DNA from: a virus
Lineage: Duplodnaviria; Caudoviricetes
Length of the DNA stretch: 64,000 nt
Direction: 5' to 3' (one strand)
IMG/VR virus record: IMGVR_UViG_2671180612_000001
Coordinates: 47,561-111,560 of that record
Part shown: piece by piece, positions 17,632 through 26,875 of the stretch
Position numbering within the stretch: position 1 is the stretch's first letter
Layout: each line of letters starts with the position of its first letter
Notes under the pieces: generated by a model
Databases searched by the model: none
What the model was told of the DNA's origin: nothing
Seen by the model: only the letters and a program-made list of their open reading frames with translations
Position numbers and translations under genes: made by a program

Positions 17632-18008
17632 TGCGGAAGCTCCCCGATTGCGGCCGGGAGTTCTTCCGACACCAGCCTCCTATCGATGAGCGATTGGGCG
17701 AACTCGGCGCAGCGCTCCTTCGGAGACTTCTCCTTGGCGTATTCGGTCTGGCTCGTCCTTGCGGTTTCGGCCCAAATTTTCTGTCGCTGCTCCTGCGAGA
17801 AGTTTGCGAAGAGCCGCTGCTGTGCATCGACGACCTTTCGACGCGACTCCTCGACCATTCCATCGGTGATCGAGAACTTGTCCGCGTTGCAGAGCCTCAT
17901 CACCTGATAGGGCAGGAAGAGCTGACGCAGCATTTCATCGGAGAGCTCTTCGGCGAGCGCCGGGACAGTTCCGGCTAGAATCGCCAGCGCAGCGCCGGCG
18001 ACCCTCAT
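17628..18008 (-). CDS. secreted/periplasmic hypothetical protein
   Basis: Signal peptide ending ALA, two Cys. Confidence 0.7.
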   Translation of the reverse strand: MRVAGAALAILAGTVPALAEELSDEMLRQLFLPYQVMRLCNADKFSITDGMVEESRRKVVDAQQRLFANFSQEQRQKIWAETARTSQTEYAKEKSPKERCAEFAQSLIDRRLVSEELPAAIGELPQ

Positions 18009-18241
18009 TTCATGTGCTCCTTCGCCCAAAGCTCGAGGCTCTGCTCGAGGATGTCCACCATGGGCACGCCCGTCGAGGCCGAGATCATCTTGTAGCGCTT
18101 GTGGAGCTCGGGCGTGACGCGGAACCCGAACGAGATCTTCGCCTCGGACGGACGGGTCATGTTGTCGGCGGGCGCCTGCGGGATCGACAGGTTCGCTATC
18201 GAGCCAGCGCGGGCCTTGGACGGGGGCTTGGGAATGCTCAT
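18005..18241 (-). CDS. ParG-like ribbon-helix-helix centromere-binding protein
   Basis: Small gene coupled to parA; flexible N-tail plus ISFGFRVTPELHKRYK strand-helix pattern. Confidence 0.7.
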   Translation of the reverse strand: MSIPKPPSKARAGSIANLSIPQAPADNMTRPSEAKISFGFRVTPELHKRYKMISASTGVPMVDILEQSLELWAKEHMK

Positions 18242-18894
18242 GCTTGGTCGAGCTCCGGCATCAGGGAGGTGAGCTTCTTGGCGATCTCGTTGGCGACTTC
18301 GGTGGCCCGCTCGTTCAGCGTGCCGAACGTCGTCTCGGCTGCGGACCTGCCCTGGTTCTGGGCGAGCTGGTAGCCGGTCTTGGACGTCAGGTCCGTCTTC
18401 GCCACCTCGTAGCCGCCGCTCTCGAGGAAGGCGCGTGCTTCCTCCGTCGCCGACGTGCCAGGGGCGGTCTTGTTGATCACGAAGAGGATCTTGCGCTTAT
18501 CGATGCCCTTGGCGACGAGCTCGTTGGCGAACATCACCTGGGGCTTGAGATCGTCGAAGGTGGTTCCGGTCGGGACCACGACGAGCCGGGATGCCTTCGC
18601 CAGCTCCAGCGAGGTCTGGTCAGAGTCCGGCCGGCCGTCCGCGACGATGAGGTCGTGCTTCTCGCGAGCCAGCGCGCGCACCGTCGAGAAGGCTTCCGCC
18701 TCGATCTCGGGCTCGATGCCGGCGGCTTTGCGGGACGCGGCCCAATCCACGGCCGTCAACTGCCGCACGTTGAAGTCGGCGATCTTCACGCTCCAGCCGC
18801 CCGCCGAGAACGTCTGGGCGATGAGGCGCGCGAAGGTGGACTTGCCGACCCCTCCCTTCTGGGAGAGGCAGGAGATCATGAGCTGGTCAGCCAT
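18238..18894 (-). CDS. parA: ParA partition ATPase (short, type Ib-like)
   Basis: SQKGGVGKST deviant Walker A; no N-terminal HTH. Confidence 0.9.
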   Translation of the reverse strand: MADQLMISCLSQKGGVGKSTFARLIAQTFSAGGWSVKIADFNVRQLTAVDWAASRKAAGIEPEIEAEAFSTVRALAREKHDLIVADGRPDSDQTSLELAKASRLVVVPTGTTFDDLKPQVMFANELVAKGIDKRKILFVINKTAPGTSATEEARAFLESGGYEVAKTDLTSKTGYQLAQNQGRSAAETTFGTLNERATEVANEIAKKLTSLMPELDQA

Positions 18895-18897
18895 CTA

Positions 18898-18937
18898 GAT
18901 TTCCAGATTTCCAGGTTCCGCGATTTCGAGAAACCTA
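18898..18937. repeat. 8-bp tandem array, candidate centromere/operator
   Basis: GATTTCCA GATTTCCA GGTTCCGC GATTTCGA GAAACCTA directly upstream of parA. Confidence 0.65.
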
Positions 18938-18979
18938 GACGGCAGGGCGGTTAATTTCCAGTGAACGGAAACGGAACGG

Positions 18980-19543
18980 TCATGCCTCCTGTATGCGATC
19001 TGCATGAGCCCGCTCGATTTTGGCGTTCCAGGTATCAGCCAGATCGTCCAAGAGGGCGTTCTCGTTTGGAGTGAGTTCTTCTCGGGCTTGGGCACGCAAA
19101 TGGTCGGCCATCAAATGCGGACGCTCCCGAACAAGGATTGCGGCCTGCGCTCTGAACTGCTCGACCGTCAAAACATTCGTGCCAGTCAGCAGAGCAACGG
19201 CGACCATCCAGCCTACGCCCTTCATACTAAGCTCCGGCGGCATCTGTAGTGTTGCTATACAAATAGCCAAAAACAGAGTGCTGGTGGCGATCAATACGTA
19301 GACCATCGCGCCAACGTTCGCGAGAAGAAGCCGTGTGGGATTTCGATCGACCAACTCGAGCTGGATGCGAAGCGCAACGAGAAGCTTCTTCCTGTATCGC
19401 CTGTAGGGTGTGCCCTTGATCCTGCGGAATAGCTTAGGCGTGGCTGCGAACGCGAGACCTACCAAGACTCCCGCGAAGAGTGGCAGTCCTGTGAGGGACC
19501 GCTCTGCGGCAAGATAGCAGGAAACGATGCTGTCGCAGTTCAT
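18980..19543 (-). CDS. hypothetical membrane protein (lower-GC accessory gene)
   Basis: Three hydrophobic segments. Confidence 0.55.
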   Translation of the reverse strand: MNCDSIVSCYLAAERSLTGLPLFAGVLVGLAFAATPKLFRRIKGTPYRRYRKKLLVALRIQLELVDRNPTRLLLANVGAMVYVLIATSTLFLAICIATLQMPPELSMKGVGWMVAVALLTGTNVLTVEQFRAQAAILVRERPHLMADHLRAQAREELTPNENALLDDLADTWNAKIERAHADRIQEA

Positions 19544-19599
19544 GGGTTCCCGTCCATTCGAGGTCAGAAACCACTAGCAGAGCGCGTTCTCGACCGCTA

Positions 19600-20202
19600 T
19601 CAGGCCGCTTCCGCCCGGCGCATGTCCTCGCCGACCTGGTGCATGAGGTAGGCGACCTTCTGACGTAGATTGTGGAGCGCGTCCTGGGGCCGCAGGCCGT
19701 AGGCGAGGGCGTTGTTCTCGATCCGGTAGTCGACGATCGTCCGGTCGTAGTGGTCGAACTCGTAGGGGCTGTCGTCAGCGAGCGGGTTCACGACCTCGAC
19801 GACGATCCCGCCATGGGCCTTGTAGTAGGCGCCCTGGTCGCGGCGCACCGAGCCGAAGGAGTAGCAGCGGTCGGGCGCAGTGTTCGCCTTGGCGACGGCC
19901 ATCGCGGGGATGCCGTGCATTCCGAAAAGATCCTCGATCCGGTTGCCGATCTGGCCGAGGAGGTCGCGCACGACCCACTCCTTCCCGGCGATCGTCACCG
20001 TCTCGAGCTTGCCGGCCTGCGTGTAGACCTGGCGCTCGTCCAGGCCACAGTGGCGCATGGCGAAGTCCCGGATCGGGAAGCCGTCGTCGTAAGGGCGATA
20101 GTCGAACTCGGCCGAGAGGATGCGCTGCACCTCGCTCTTGCCGGCGCCGGGGTTGCCGCACAGCGCGATGAAACGAGGGCGGTGCTTGTGGGAAGAGAAC
20201 AT
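19600..20202 (-). CDS. deoxynucleoside monophosphate kinase-like P-loop protein
   Basis: IALCGNPGAGKS, R.LLGQIG, SVR motifs. Confidence 0.7.
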   Translation of the reverse strand: MFSSHKHRPRFIALCGNPGAGKSEVQRILSAEFDYRPYDDGFPIRDFAMRHCGLDERQVYTQAGKLETVTIAGKEWVVRDLLGQIGNRIEDLFGMHGIPAMAVAKANTAPDRCYSFGSVRRDQGAYYKAHGGIVVEVVNPLADDSPYEFDHYDRTIVDYRIENNALAYGLRPQDALHNLRQKVAYLMHQVGEDMRRAEAA

Positions 20203-20283
20203 CGGGGCTCCGTTGCAAAGTAAGTGCTTACTTACTAGCGCAGCCCGCGAGCAGCGTCTATCGAGGAGACGCGCTCTGGAGGG

Positions 20284-20553
20284 TTAGTGGCTGGTCGTCG
20301 AGACGTCGCTGGGGAACATCGTCTTCTCGCCCGCCAGGAACTTCCCGATCTTATCGGCGAGGTCGAAGGCGAACGGCGAATGGAACGCCGCCTGGGGCCA
20401 GTCCGTCGGAATGAAGCCGTAGATCGCGTCGCTCTCGTCGGTGTCCCAGCGGCCGACAACGGTTCCGTCCTTTAGGATCACGTCGCCGCCGCCGACGCCC
20501 GTCTTGCCGAAGTCGATGAGGTTGACCGGATGACGAAGAGCCTGCTTTCGCAT
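20284..20553 (-). CDS. hypothetical protein
   Basis: TGATG coupling. Confidence 0.55.
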   Translation of the reverse strand: MRKQALRHPVNLIDFGKTGVGGGDVILKDGTVVGRWDTDESDAIYGFIPTDWPQAAFHSPFAFDLADKIGKFLAGEKTMFPSDVSTTSH

Positions 20554-20738
20554 CAGTGGATCACTCCAGGGGTTTCGGCCCGGTCGGTCTGGCGGATACG
20601 CTCGGCCGCGGAGAGCAGCCGGCGCTTGAGCTCGCGGTTCTCCTCCTCGAGGCGCTCGCAGCGCTCGACCAGGTGCTCCTGCGTGAGCAGGTTCAGCCCG
20701 GCCGAGTTGAAGAAGTTGGCAGCGTCTCGTTGGCTCAT
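20553..20738 (-). CDS. small coiled-coil hypothetical protein
   Basis: Coupled to the helicase stop. Confidence 0.55.
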   Translation of the reverse strand: MSQRDAANFFNSAGLNLLTQEHLVERCERLEEENRELKRRLLSAAERIRQTDRAETPGVIH

Positions 20739-22330
20739 GCAGCCAGATCCTTTCTCTCGAACTGCGACCAGTCGAAGTCCTGGCCGTCAGGCAGAATGTT
20801 CTCCGCGAAGCCGGGCGTGGCCTCGACGATGGCACGCCGCTGGCGCGAGTGATCGCCTAGCGACTTGTTGTTGGAGACCGAGTAGTCGGCGATGAACGCG
20901 ACGTTCGGTCCAGACCGTTTGGCGCGCAGCCCGCGCCCGATCCGCTGGCGCAGCGAAATCTCGGCTTTGTAGCCGCCGGCGAGCTGCACCAGCCCAACAG
21001 AGGGCACGTCAACGCCGACGTCCAGGATGGTCGTGCCGATCACGACGTCGATTTCACCGCGGCCGAGCTGGCGAAGGGCCTTCTTGCGCGCGTCCTGGTC
21101 GTTCTCGCCACGGATGAACTCCACCCGCAAGCCCAGATGCTCCATTTTCGCTTTGAGCGTGTCCCCGTGCTCGGTGCGAACGATCAGGGTCATCACCGGC
21201 AGGCCGAAGCGCTTTGCCATCAGCGCGTCGCGGATGATGTCCTTGTGCATGAAGGGGTTCTTCATGTAGCCGAACTCGTAGGCACGCTGAAAAGGCGAGG
21301 TGCGCCGGAGCTTCTCATGCGGCTTCGATGTCACGAATTTGAACACCGGCCGGGCGAGCACGCCCCGCGCGATCAGCATCTCCTCCGTGATCTGGATCAG
21401 CACCGGGCCGAACGCGGCCATCAGCCGGAGATTGTCCTCGGCGTTCTGGCGCATGAAGGGCGTGGCCGTCAGCGCGACGCGGATGCGAGCCTTCTTGCAG
21501 TGGCGCAGGATCTCGTAATAGCTCGAGCCGCCGGCCTCGTGGGCTTCCTCGCCGATCACGACCTCGACCATGGACAGGAACTCGATCGCCTGGCTCCGGC
21601 GCTTCAGCTTGCGGTCGTAGACGACCTGCGCCTTCTTCGCGGCGATCTCGCGCTGCTTCTCGGGCGCGACGCTCTCGTCGTAGCCCTTGGCGATCACTTT
21701 CCGGATCTCCTTGTCGAGCGAGGGCTCCTCGAGCCGCTTCACGAAGGTCTGCACCATCCCGAGGTTCACGCCGCGCACCAGCTTGAACTCGCCGTCGCCG
21801 ATCTGGCCGGAGTTCATGCCGATCTCGTTGAGCTGGTCCTGCATCTGGTAGAGCAGCACGCCCCGCGTCGTCAGGAAGAGCGTCGGGCGCCGGTAGCGCG
21901 CCATGATGAGCTTGGCGATCTTCGACTTTCCGCCGCCTGTCGCGACCTGGATGATGCCGGCGCCGTGCTTTTCGACCTGCCGCAGCGCCTTGAGCTGGAA
22001 ATCGTAGCGCGGATCGTCGTTTCCGAACTCGTCCACGATCGGACTCTCGGGTCCGAGCGGCTGGGGCAGGGGATCGCGCACCAGATGGACCTTGCGGCCG
22101 GCCTTCACGAGGTTGGCGCGCACGACGTTCACGAAGCCGGCCGGGAACGTGCCGTTCTCGTGGCTGTAGAACGACGACTTGCCCGACCAGGTGCCGGTCT
22201 GGAAGGCGTGCATGAACTCGTGCCCCTCGACCGTATAGGACAGGAGGTCGGAGACGATGTTGTCCACCTCGCGGTCGCGATCGACCAGCTTTGCGACGGT
22301 GGCGTTATGAGCGAGGCGGATATTCTGCAT
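20735..22330 (-). CDS. superfamily 2 (DEAD/DEAH-like) helicase
   Basis: ATGGGKS, EEAH, LTATP, GVDVP, QRIGRGLR motifs. Confidence 0.9.
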   Translation of the reverse strand: MQNIRLAHNATVAKLVDRDREVDNIVSDLLSYTVEGHEFMHAFQTGTWSGKSSFYSHENGTFPAGFVNVVRANLVKAGRKVHLVRDPLPQPLGPESPIVDEFGNDDPRYDFQLKALRQVEKHGAGIIQVATGGGKSKIAKLIMARYRRPTLFLTTRGVLLYQMQDQLNEIGMNSGQIGDGEFKLVRGVNLGMVQTFVKRLEEPSLDKEIRKVIAKGYDESVAPEKQREIAAKKAQVVYDRKLKRRSQAIEFLSMVEVVIGEEAHEAGGSSYYEILRHCKKARIRVALTATPFMRQNAEDNLRLMAAFGPVLIQITEEMLIARGVLARPVFKFVTSKPHEKLRRTSPFQRAYEFGYMKNPFMHKDIIRDALMAKRFGLPVMTLIVRTEHGDTLKAKMEHLGLRVEFIRGENDQDARKKALRQLGRGEIDVVIGTTILDVGVDVPSVGLVQLAGGYKAEISLRQRIGRGLRAKRSGPNVAFIADYSVSNNKSLGDHSRQRRAIVEATPGFAENILPDGQDFDWSQFERKDLAA

Positions 22331-22394
22331 GAAGCCTAGTGGATCTCGTTTGGAACTGTGATAAGTAAATGGTTACTTACCACAGGGATGCCTC

Positions 22395-23162
22395 ATGACG
22401 AAGCCGCAATTCCTGGAGCTCCCGGTGGGCGATCTCGCTCCGAACCCCTGGAACTCCAACTTCCTCACCCCGGACGCTGAAGCCCGGCTCGACGAGAGCC
22501 TGAAGCGTTTCGGAACCTTCAAGCCGATCGTCGTTCGCGAGTTCAACGGCGGATACGAGATCCTCGGCGGCAAGCACCGCTGGGAAAGCGCAGGCCGCAT
22601 CGGCCTCGCGACCGTGCCGGTGATGAACCTCGGACCCTTGGACGACAAGCGCGCCAAGGAAATCTCGCTGGTCGACAACTACCGCTTCGGCACAGATGAC
22701 GCGCAGGCGCTCGCCGAGCTGGTCAAGTCGATTGGCGAAGAAGAGATCCAGATTTACCTCCCGATCGATGAGGACGATTTGTCGATCATCATGTCTACTG
22801 CGCATATAGCGGTGGACGATCTCGATATTGACGAGAATTTCGACAAAGACGTCGATCCGCAGTCCGAAAGCGACGACGACGAGAAGCCCGAGCGCGTGCC
22901 CAAGACGCACACGCACATGCGCTTCAAGCTGACGCTGGCCGACGCCGAGACGCTCACGCGCATCATCGCGGACACCAAGCGCGCCCAGGGCTTCACCGAA
23001 GAAGACGACCTCACGAACGCCGGCGACGCGCTCATGCACCTGCTCGTCTCCGGACATAAGCAAACGGTTACTTCATCCGCTCCGCGGCCCGAGCCGCAGA
23101 CCGAAGAAGACGTCGAGGCGGCGCTCGCCCGGCTCGATGACATCGACGACGGCGATCTCTGA
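22395..23162 (+). CDS. ParB/Srx-like N-terminal domain protein
   Basis: PNPWN, PIVVR, ILGGKHRW. Confidence 0.85.
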   Translation: MTKPQFLELPVGDLAPNPWNSNFLTPDAEARLDESLKRFGTFKPIVVREFNGGYEILGGKHRWESAGRIGLATVPVMNLGPLDDKRAKEISLVDNYRFGTDDAQALAELVKSIGEEEIQIYLPIDEDDLSIIMSTAHIAVDDLDIDENFDKDVDPQSESDDDEKPERVPKTHTHMRFKLTLADAETLTRIIADTKRAQGFTEEDDLTNAGDALMHLLVSGHKQTVTSSAPRPEPQTEEDVEAALARLDDIDDGDL

Positions 23163-23365
23163 TGCCGGCCGTCTTCGACCCCAAGCCGAAGTTCCGGGAC
23201 TGCCGGAGCTGCACCTTCTTCAAGCGCGGCAACACCGCGCCCGAGTGCGGCCTCTGCGACTCCGGCGAATTTTACGAACGCAAGCGCTCCGTCCGCGAGA
23301 TCCGCGAGATGAACGACAGCGAAGCGATGACCTTCCTCCGAAATGAGATGACCTACGATGACTAA
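23162..23365 (+). CDS. small Cys-rich protein
   Basis: CxxC...CxxC; coupled ORF. Confidence 0.6.
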   Translation: MPAVFDPKPKFRDCRSCTFFKRGNTAPECGLCDSGEFYERKRSVREIREMNDSEAMTFLRNEMTYDD

Positions 23366-24023
23366 GATCCCGCAGGTCGAGCTTCGCGATGTTTCCGAGC
23401 TCGTCCCCTACGAGAAGAACGCCAAGAAGCACTCCGAAGCCCAGGTCGGGAAGCTCGTGAAGCTGATCCTCAAGGTCGGCTGGACGCAGCCCATCATCAC
23501 CGACGGCGACATGGTGATCATCGCCGGCCACGGCCGGCGCCTGGCCGCGCTCGAGATCGCGCGCCAGACGGGCGTCTCCAAGATCCCGGTCGTGGTCCGC
23601 TCGGACCTCACCAAGGAGGAGGCCGACGCGCTGCGCCTCGCCGACAACCGCGTCACGTCCACCGAATACGACATGGGCATGATCGAGGAGGAGCTCCGGC
23701 GCCTGGCCGCGGCCGACTTCGACATCGACATCATCGGCTTCGACGCGGCCGAGATCGAGTTCACGACGGCTGACCTTGCCGCCTTCGACGAGAGCGCCTT
23801 CGTCGAGGACGTGTCCTCGGCCGTCGAGAGCCAGCAGGAGGGCAACAAGGCCGCGGCCGAGAAGGTCGACGAGACGGCCGCGCCCGTCGTCGACGCCCTC
23901 GGCTTCAAGCGCATCACGATCGCCGAGAGCCGGCAGCTCCGCGACCTCGTCGGCCGCATGGAGACGCGCACCGGCAAGCAGGGCATCGCCGCTCTTCTCG
24001 AGCACCTGGGAGCAACCGTCTGA
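23358..24023 (+). CDS. ParB/Srx-like N-terminal domain protein
   Basis: PYEKNAKKH, IIAGHGRRLA, LADNR. Confidence 0.88.
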   Translation: MTKIPQVELRDVSELVPYEKNAKKHSEAQVGKLVKLILKVGWTQPIITDGDMVIIAGHGRRLAALEIARQTGVSKIPVVVRSDLTKEEADALRLADNRVTSTEYDMGMIEEELRRLAAADFDIDIIGFDAAEIEFTTADLAAFDESAFVEDVSSAVESQQEGNKAAAEKVDETAAPVVDALGFKRITIAESRQLRDLVGRMETRTGKQGIAALLEHLGATV

Positions 24024-24451
24024 TGAGCGACGACCGCAAGATCATCTCGCTCCGCTCGCGCGAGCCCCTGAAGATCCTGTCCGACGAGGAGTCGGCCGCG
24101 CGCGTCCAGAAGGACATCGACGAGCGGCGCCAGCTCACCATCAAGGCCGAGCTCGCCGCGATCGACGCGCTCCGGCTCCAGGTCGAGAAGGGCGACGCCA
24201 CGGGCATCGTGCTCGTCGCGCGCCACACCCCGACGGGTCTCTTCCACACGCACCTGGTCCCGGACTTCGCCGACCAGCCGGAGGACACGACCGCCCAGAC
24301 GGCCTCGCTCTACGCCGGCGTCTTCACGATGATGCGCGACGAGCTCCTGAACATGGCCTCGGTCGATCCGATCATCCACTTCGAGGAGGACGGCTCCTAC
24401 AAGGAGATCTATCCGCTCGGCGGCGGGGAGATGGAGGACGGCGATGACTGA
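24023..24451 (+). CDS. hypothetical protein
   Basis: TGATG coupling. Confidence 0.65.
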   Translation: MSDDRKIISLRSREPLKILSDEESAARVQKDIDERRQLTIKAELAAIDALRLQVEKGDATGIVLVARHTPTGLFHTHLVPDFADQPEDTTAQTASLYAGVFTMMRDELLNMASVDPIIHFEEDGSYKEIYPLGGGEMEDGDD

Positions 24452-25091
24452 ATACGTCGTCGATCGTCACTTCACCTCGTCCGTCGAGCGCACGGCGCGC
24501 GTCCTGGACCTGGCCGAAGGCTTCGGCCTCGGTCTCTCGGACAAGCGCTTCACGGTCTACGACAACCTCAAGATCGAGGTGCGCGACACGGATGTCGTCT
24601 ACATCACCGGCCAGTCGGGCTCGGGCAAGTCGCTGCTTCTCAAGGATCTGATCGGCCAGATGCGGGCCGGCGGCAAGCTCGTCGCCGATCTCAACGAGAT
24701 CGAGCTCGAGGAGCGCCCGGTCATCGACCTCGTCGGCCAGACCATCAACCAGGCGACCGAGCTCCTCGGTCTCGCGGGGATCTCCGACGCCTATATCTAC
24801 CTCCGGAAGCCCTCCGAGCTCTCGGACGGCCAGCGCTACCGCGTGAAGCTCGCCAAGGTGCTGGAAAGCCCCGCTGACGTCTGGGTCGCCGACGAGTTCG
24901 GCGCCGTGCTCGATCGCGAGACCGCGAAGGTGATCGCCTTCAACGTCCAGAAGGTCGCCCGGCGCATGGGCAAGACGCTCATGGTCGCAACGACCCATAC
25001 CGATCTCGGCGAGGAGCTCGGGCCGGACCTCACCGTCACCAAGCGCTTCTCCGAGCGCGTGGACGTGAAGGTGAAGGAGCGCGTGTCGTGA
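24444..25091 (+). CDS. stand-alone ABC ATPase
   Basis: GQSGSGKS, LSDGQ signature, VADEF, ATTH. Confidence 0.9.
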   Translation: MTEYVVDRHFTSSVERTARVLDLAEGFGLGLSDKRFTVYDNLKIEVRDTDVVYITGQSGSGKSLLLKDLIGQMRAGGKLVADLNEIELEERPVIDLVGQTINQATELLGLAGISDAYIYLRKPSELSDGQRYRVKLAKVLESPADVWVADEFGAVLDRETAKVIAFNVQKVARRMGKTLMVATTHTDLGEELGPDLTVTKRFSERVDVKVKERVS

Positions 25092-25441
25092 GCGGCGGGT
25101 GGATCGGCGTCGATCTCGACGGCACGCTCGCGCACTACGACGGCTGGAAGGGCATCGACCACATCGGCGCGCCGGTGCCGGCGATGATGAAGCGCGTGCG
25201 CGGCTGGCTCGCGGCCGGCAAGACGGTGAAGATCATGACGGCGCGCGTCTGCTCGGCCGCGCCCGACCGCGGCATGGCTCGCTGGCACATCCAGAACTGG
25301 TTCGAGCGCCAGGGCCTTCCCCGGCTCGAGGTCGTGTCCGAGAAGGATTTCGGCATGGTGCAGCTCTGGGACGACCGGGCGATCCGCGTCGAGGAGAACA
25401 CCGGACGCTACTACGACCAGATCTCGGGGTGTTCGCGATGA
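25088..25441 (+). CDS. HAD-superfamily hydrolase-like protein
   Basis: GVDLDGTL, TAR, WDDR. Confidence 0.75.
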   Translation: MSGGWIGVDLDGTLAHYDGWKGIDHIGAPVPAMMKRVRGWLAAGKTVKIMTARVCSAAPDRGMARWHIQNWFERQGLPRLEVVSEKDFGMVQLWDDRAIRVEENTGRYYDQISGCSR

Positions 25442-25550
25442 GCCGCGGCCTGATCCTCGCGCTCTGCGCGCTCCTGTCGTGCTGCACACCGCTCGCACCC
25501 GTCTTTGCGAGCGCTGTGACGCTTGCGGAAAGCGTCTCACATTGACCAGG

Positions 25551-26486
25551 ATGCTCACCAGCGCTGATTTCGAGTTCCCGACGCACACGACGAGCGTCGA
25601 GCGCGTGGACGCGCCCAGCGCCCGTTTCTCGCTGATGGACGATATGTTCGTCGAGCGCGGCACCAAGGCAGATTGGGAGCTGCTGCACCATCTCCACTAC
25701 AAGGCCGAGAAGCTGCCGATGGGCGCGCGCTTCTGGCGCCTCGATCTCCACGGCGAGTCGATCGGCGTTCTCGTGACCGGATGTCCGAAGGGCCTCCTCA
25801 AGGAGCGCCACATCGCGTTCCCGGCGATCAAGCCGACGGGCGGGGACACCAAGCTGACGAACACGAACCGCTACAAGTGGATCAACGCCAACATGCGCGT
25901 CGTCTCCCGCTTCGTGGTCGACACGATGTTCCGCGGCATCGGCGCCGGCTACCGGATGATGAACCTCGTCTCGCGCCTCGAGGGCGCGCCCATCATGGAG
26001 ATCCAGAGCTCCATGTCGAAGTTCAACATTTTCGGGCAGAAGGCCGGCTTCCGGTTCGTCACGCCCCAGAACGCCAACAAGTTCGAGGCGGGGCTCCGGT
26101 TCTTCCGGTCGAACTTCGAGGCGAGCCCGCAGGACTTCGAGGCGATCGTCGCCGAGATCGATGCCATGCCGGAGAGCCAGCGCCAGGCCACGATCGTCAG
26201 GTGCAAGGACTTCTACCTGCGCAACTCGGCGCTCGAGAACACGGGCAAGACGCGCGAGCGCGGCGCATCCCGCGTGGACGCCATGACGGCGCGCGACACC
26301 ATCAAGGCGATCCAGCAGATGAGCCTGGCCTCGCCCATGTATGGCGTCTGGCGCAATCCGGACGCGGGCCGGGAGATGCCTGCCCGCCTGCCGCTGCGCG
26401 CGTTCGACTGGCAGGCGCCGACCGCGCCGATGGTGTTCCAGGGCGGGTTCGTCGAGCCGGGCGCATCCGTGCCGAGGATCGTCTGA
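25551..26486 (+). CDS. GNAT-fold acyltransferase-like protein
   Basis: LHY and SRFVVDTMFRGIGAG (acetyl-CoA motif A). Confidence 0.7.
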   Translation: MLTSADFEFPTHTTSVERVDAPSARFSLMDDMFVERGTKADWELLHHLHYKAEKLPMGARFWRLDLHGESIGVLVTGCPKGLLKERHIAFPAIKPTGGDTKLTNTNRYKWINANMRVVSRFVVDTMFRGIGAGYRMMNLVSRLEGAPIMEIQSSMSKFNIFGQKAGFRFVTPQNANKFEAGLRFFRSNFEASPQDFEAIVAEIDAMPESQRQATIVRCKDFYLRNSALENTGKTRERGASRVDAMTARDTIKAIQQMSLASPMYGVWRNPDAGREMPARLPLRAFDWQAPTAPMVFQGGFVEPGASVPRIV

Positions 26487-26752
26487 TGGGCAAGCCTGCA
26501 AGGACGGACAAGCAGCGCGAGATCGTCGGCGTGATCCTCGCCGCGGCCGACAAGGGCGAGCACCTGACGGTCGGCGAGATCATGAGCCGGTTGAGCTACA
26601 AGCCGAGCCGGCCGGCGTTCTCGTGCTCGCTTCGCTATCTCGAGGGCAACGGCATCATCAGCCGGGAAGGCTGGAACGGGAAGCGCATCGTGAAGCCGAC
26701 CGGAGATGCCTACGCCTGGTTCCGATCGACGCCCCTGACCGGAGGCAGCTAA
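26486..26752 (+). CDS. winged helix-turn-helix protein, candidate regulator
   Basis: TDKQREIV...LRYLEGNGIISRE wHTH pattern. Confidence 0.65.
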   Translation: MGKPARTDKQREIVGVILAAADKGEHLTVGEIMSRLSYKPSRPAFSCSLRYLEGNGIISREGWNGKRIVKPTGDAYAWFRSTPLTGGS

Positions 26753-26833
26753 TTGCCTCCGATCTACATTAGAATCTAACTCTAAGAGATAGATATAATT
26801 TCTAATGTAGGTGAGAGGCAATTAGCTCTCCGG
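26741..26833. repeat. AT-cored inverted-repeat element, copy 2
   Basis: CTACATTAGAA 26764-26774 / TTCTAATGTAG 26800-26810 with outer arms AGCTAATTGCCTC / GAGGCAATTAGCT. Confidence 0.8.
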
Positions 26834-26875
26834 CCCGGAACGCCTGGGTTGCATAATAAGTAAGCACTTACTAAA

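Noticed and set aside
24444-25091. ABC transporter
   Set aside because: No permease or substrate-binding gene; context is ParB/GNAT/terminase.
25438-25545. 35-aa lipoprotein-like ORF (MSRGLILALCALLSCC...)
   Set aside because: Coupled start is plausible but the ORF is too short to support.
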